From positions 192,001 to 256,000 of the forward strand of contig JAUVXV010000002.1 in NCBI GenBank assembly GCA_030603365.1: 64,000 bases of DNA. Direction: 5' to 3'. This DNA is from Candidatus Heimdallarchaeota archaeon (lineage in GTDB: Archaea; Asgardarchaeota; Heimdallarchaeia; Heimdallarchaeales; Heimdallarchaeaceae). Each line of letters starts with the position of its first letter. The stretch's first letter is position 1. Shown in pieces: positions 60,391 to 64,000 of the stretch. The position numbers and the translations under genes were made by a program. Under the pieces are notes generated by a model, which saw nothing but the letters and a program-made list of their open reading frames with translations, searched no databases and had not been told where the DNA came from.

Positions 60391-61245
60391 CTAATTATCC
60401 AGGTATGCGGTTTCTAAGGCTTCAATATATTCTTTAGGAATTATTCTAGATTCTATAAAAGTCCAGAAACTAGGATCTCTTCTTTCCATGGAAGGAGGAG
60501 AAACATATCGTCTCAATAAGAAGTACAAAACATCTTTAAGAGAAGCAAAAGCTATTCCCCAATCTTCATCAAGAATAGCCTTCTTAGAATCAATAACTTC
60601 TGTCCATTCCTTTTCTAGATTTAGATGCTCAAAAATAGTGATAACTATTTTATAAAGTGCCATAACTTTGGACTTCTCAATAGGTTTATGCAATTCAGGA
60701 TAATCTTTGAGTCGATGTGAAATAGGTAAATTGTTGTCAAAATTATTTTCGAACTGAGAGAGGAGTGTTATATTTTCTTCGTAAGCTTTCTTTGCCCACT
60801 CAGCTTCAGGAGGTTTTCCTAACATCTTAATGTATATCCTATCTTCAGTTTTCCAGCTCCATTCTTTGCAAATCTGAGCATTATTTTGAATAAATTGATC
60901 TTTTTCATACCACACTTTGCAGCTACTTAGAAATGAAAGAAACAACGATTTTTGATAAATATCACTTAGACTGGAAACTTCTTTCTTCAAAGTCTCCAAC
61001 ATGTATTCCTGAGTATGTGTCCAGATATCCAGATTCTTACCTTCGACATTTAGCTTTTTATTTTGAACAAGGGTAGGTTGGTTGTTCTTTATCAGAATTA
61101 TATCGATATCACTTTTTTCTTTCGCTCTTTCTTCTGCCCAAGAACCTACTAGAATGGCAGCATCAGTCTTTTCATCTATTAAATTGTCCAATACCCAGTA
61201 TTTGATTTTTTTGAGAATTTGCGAGTTGGAATTTTTCTCTTCCAT
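60391..61245 (-). CDS. Pol-beta-superfamily nucleotidyltransferase domain protein
   Basis: LVGSWA...SDIDII...LDIW. Confidence 0.8.
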   Translation of the reverse strand: MEEKNSNSQILKKIKYWVLDNLIDEKTDAAILVGSWAEERAKEKSDIDIILIKNNQPTLVQNKKLNVEGKNLDIWTHTQEYMLETLKKEVSSLSDIYQKSLFLSFLSSCKVWYEKDQFIQNNAQICKEWSWKTEDRIYIKMLGKPPEAEWAKKAYEENITLLSQFENNFDNNLPISHRLKDYPELHKPIEKSKVMALYKIVITIFEHLNLEKEWTEVIDSKKAILDEDWGIAFASLKDVLYFLLRRYVSPPSMERRDPSFWTFIESRIIPKEYIEALETAYLDN

Positions 61246-61290
61246 CCTATAAAAATCTTCAAACTAGAATATTAGTGTATCTGAAAAATG

Positions 61291-62274
61291 TCATTTTTTT
61301 TGTTTTTTATTTTCCATATAGTATGGAGACTTGCAAATCAAGATCTTTCTGACAATAGGTCGGAAAATAGTGATGATAAATCGAAGAAGCCTTGTATTTT
61401 TCTTTATTTCATCTAAATAATCATCAAAAGAGAGAGTTTGGTAATTTAATAATTTCTGTGATTCCTTGGTATCTAACCACCCAGTATAATACCAATCATC
61501 CTTACTTCTTGGATTTTTGAATACTTCCTCAGGCAACATTTTCACTCCTAAAACCCCCAACATCTCCCTAATGAACTCCCTATTAGTATATTGAGATTTT
61601 TCTCCTCCTCCAAGTAATAGTACTTTGTTAATAGCTTCAATGGATACTGTCTTTGCAATTGCTTCTCCTATGTCTTTAGTATGTGCAAATTCGATTTTTT
61701 GATCCATTGGGATATTATACAGCAGAGAAAGATTGTTTTTCAAAACTGAAAGAGATGGAACAGCTGTTATTCTTAGAATTATCCAAGGAAGATCACTTTC
61801 TTGAATAGCTTTTTCAGCTTCTGCTTTATTTCTTGAATATTCATCTGAAGGTTTGATTGGATGTTCAGCATTCCTAGGTTCAGAAGAAGGGTGGAGTGGA
61901 CCATAAATAGAGATTGAACTTGGAAAAATAATCCTAGGGGATTTTTCTATGGACATTGCTGCTTTAACAATATTCTTTGTTCCTTCTACATTTATTTCAT
62001 AAGCTATCCGTGGGTTTGTATCTGTAAATGGAGGAGTCACTCCCGCAAAATGGATAATACAGTCTTGGTTTTTCACAGCTTCAACAACTATTTCCTCATC
62101 TGTAACAGATCCCCAAAGACTATGTAACTTACCAAGCTTAGCAAATTTCTTAGAGATTTTTCTTGTATTGGAAGATAAAATGTCTAGAGTTGTAATTTCG
62201 TGTTCATTTGCAACTAGTGCTTCTAAAGTACTATAGCCCAAATTTCCAAAAGCGCCAGTTACTAGAACTTTCAT
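61291..62274 (-). CDS. NAD-dependent epimerase/dehydratase (extended SDR)
   Basis: MKVLVTGAFGNLG, IIHFAG, SS, YSRNK. Start at ATG 62274; the longer ORF overlaps the divergent gene. Confidence 0.9.
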   Translation of the reverse strand: MKVLVTGAFGNLGYSTLEALVANEHEITTLDILSSNTRKISKKFAKLGKLHSLWGSVTDEEIVVEAVKNQDCIIHFAGVTPPFTDTNPRIAYEINVEGTKNIVKAAMSIEKSPRIIFPSSISIYGPLHPSSEPRNAEHPIKPSDEYSRNKAEAEKAIQESDLPWIILRITAVPSLSVLKNNLSLLYNIPMDQKIEFAHTKDIGEAIAKTVSIEAINKVLLLGGGEKSQYTNREFIREMLGVLGVKMLPEEVFKNPRSKDDWYYTGWLDTKESQKLLNYQTLSFDDYLDEIKKNTRLLRFIITIFRPIVRKILICKSPYYMENKKQKK

Positions 62275-62427
62275 AGGTGTAAGAATTGAAATATATTGAT
62301 TAATATTTTGTAGTGTTGTCAAGCTCGTAATATATATAAGTGCATGAAGACGCACACCCGTACAGAGAATGTTGTTTTCACACAGATTGGTGTTGACTTT
62401 GTCACAGTACTGTACTAAAGTTACCAA

Positions 62428-62826
62428 GTGATAATGATGGAAGAAAGTAAGAGAGAAAGCATCGAGAAAATAAGAACTGCCATTCATAACTATGTGGAAG
62501 GAGTCATCAATTTTGATTTCGTTAAGGCAAAGGAAACATGGCACTCTCATAGTGTAAAACAATACTACAATTCATTTCAAGACAAATTAGAGAAAATAAC
62601 TATGATTCAATCCAGACCAGATGGAAAGCAAAAAGGAGAGATAAAACAGACAGCAGAAATCAAAGAAGTAGATGCAACAGGAGATGCTGCTATAGTAAAA
62701 CTAGAATGGGATCAAGAAAGAGATGATACTAGAATCAAATTCATAGATTATATTTCATTATTGAAGATTAAAATCGAATGGAAAATTGTAGCTAAGATAT
62801 TCAATGTAGAGAAAATCTCCATGTAG
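62428..62826 (+). CDS. NTF2-like (lumazine-binding-2/SnoaL) protein
   Basis: I..AI.NY.EG, GDAAIVK, DYISLLK...WKIVAK. Confidence 0.85.
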   Translation: MIMMEESKRESIEKIRTAIHNYVEGVINFDFVKAKETWHSHSVKQYYNSFQDKLEKITMIQSRPDGKQKGEIKQTAEIKEVDATGDAAIVKLEWDQERDDTRIKFIDYISLLKIKIEWKIVAKIFNVEKISM

Positions 62827-62834
62827 AGAGAAAG

Positions 62835-63683
62835 GTGATAAAAATGTTTATTGGAGAAAATGAAGAGATAGAGGAAATTGAGAAAACAATTCAGTGGTAT
62901 GATGAAGCGTTTAATGAGTGGAATATAGAAAAGTTGACAAAAGCATTTCATTATGATTCAATGGTTTATTGGTTTATTCCTGAAGATGATAGATTTTACA
63001 AAGGTTCTTGTTATCGATGGATTATAGGGTTCTTAGAAAATCAAAAGGACAATCCAGAAATTAACTATTATGTCAATGTTGAGAGTATATATCAGACAGG
63101 CTCAGTAGCTTATTCTAGAGTGAGATTTCTAATAGATGATCCTGACGATCCTCGAGACACAACAGATTATCTCACTCTTATGAAATTTGGAGAAGATTGG
63201 CAAGTTGTTAACAAATCAGGCCATACAATCCCGCTTTCAGCTGAAGAGTTACTGGAAAGAGTAATGAATGATACAGAAATCCCTTGCAATGATTCAGGAG
63301 AAATTAAAGCTATAGAAACTGCTCTAAAGACATATGCAGACGCATTTCATGAATGGGATCTTGAAAAGATAAAAACCACATTTCATCCCGACATGAGATT
63401 TAATTCAGTTGATAAAGAAACAGAGGAATTTAAGAATCAATTCAGATCATATCCAGTTTGGAATGAGATACTAACCAATCACAGAGCAGATGGAATAAAG
63501 TTTGAAATAGAAGTAAAACACATAGATCAAAGAGGTACAGCAGCTGTAGCGGTTATGTACTGGAAAGCTTTTACTCCTAAAGGAATAAGCCACACAACAG
63601 ATTTCCTGACGCTTCTCAAAGTAAATGGAAAATGGGTTGTTGTAAATAAGTCATGTGATTTTGATTTTGAAGAGAAAAACTGA
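62835..63683 (+). CDS. Tandem NTF2-like (lumazine-binding-2) domain protein
   Basis: Two repeats ending DYLTLMKFGEDWQVVNKS and DFLTLLKVNGKWVVVNKS. Confidence 0.85.
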   Translation: MIKMFIGENEEIEEIEKTIQWYDEAFNEWNIEKLTKAFHYDSMVYWFIPEDDRFYKGSCYRWIIGFLENQKDNPEINYYVNVESIYQTGSVAYSRVRFLIDDPDDPRDTTDYLTLMKFGEDWQVVNKSGHTIPLSAEELLERVMNDTEIPCNDSGEIKAIETALKTYADAFHEWDLEKIKTTFHPDMRFNSVDKETEEFKNQFRSYPVWNEILTNHRADGIKFEIEVKHIDQRGTAAVAVMYWKAFTPKGISHTTDFLTLLKVNGKWVVVNKSCDFDFEEKN

Positions 63684-63834
63684 TTATTTCTGGTTTTCTT
63701 CTTTTTCATTATTTCTTTTTACCTCAAGGGCAAGTTTGAAAAACCTTGATTATCTTTATTATTTGCTTAGATAGATTTTAGTTTCTAAAAAGAAGAGAAT
63801 AGTAGTTCCTCTGCTTCTTAGGTAGGGGTTAGAA

Positions 63835-64000
63835 ATGTCTGGAGAAAAAGTATACCAAGAGATTCTTGAGCTGCTGGACAGCATCAGAACAATTGTAGAA
63901 AATACCAACTGGAGAGATTATTCTGAAACAAGAGTAAGAATTCTAGTTTCTCAAAGAGTTGATGAGTTAAAGCACATTCTTGGTGAGATTCCTGACGATT
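63835..64000 (+). CDS. Hypothetical protein, 5' part only
   Basis: ATG 63835 after a GGGG SD-like site; MSGEKVYQEILELLDSIRTIVEN..., open to the window end. Confidence 0.55.
   Translation, partial: MSGEKVYQEILELLDSIRTIVENTNWRDYSETRVRILVSQRVDELKHILGEIPDD

Noticed and set aside
60391-61245. MNT-HEPN toxin-antitoxin system
   Set aside because: No adjacent HEPN gene with an RxxxxH motif was seen.
62275-62562. N-terminal extension of the SDR ORF
   Set aside because: It overlaps the divergent NTF2-like gene and its promoter; the Rossmann motif begins at ATG 62274.
35-63709. Many short ORFs of 60-140 aa in the track that overlap long genes
   Set aside because: They are antisense or alternative-frame shadows of well-supported CDSs and have no motifs.

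Overview
AT-rich, gene-dense archaeal DNA. It is most consistent with an Asgard archaeon of the Heimdallarchaeia type; this is an inference from a longin-like protein, a methanogen-type SerRS, tungsten AORs, PEF-CTERM-like surface proteins, TATA-box promoters and T-run terminators. It holds about 42 CDSs: two AOR paralogues, several membrane-anchored surface proteins, two copies of a giant FtsX-type permease plus tandem-NBD ATPase, a six-gene ABC/PadR cluster and housekeeping enzymes. No rRNA, tRNA, CRISPR array or transposase was seen. Four observations stand out. (1) A 350-bp ORF-less, GC-rich, structured insertion (8740-9089) is flanked by an ACG direct repeat, splits a gene, has an internal TATA box, and carries 9-nt internal complements of both of its own junctions. 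(2) A low-complexity protein (25689-26531) has WH2/Ena-VASP-like actin-binding motifs. (3) Two PadR-like regulators have a ~100-aa insertion inside the wHTH, and the cluster carries two copies of an AATATTC-N8-GAATATT operator. (4) A second small structured intergenic element lies at about 30818-30970.
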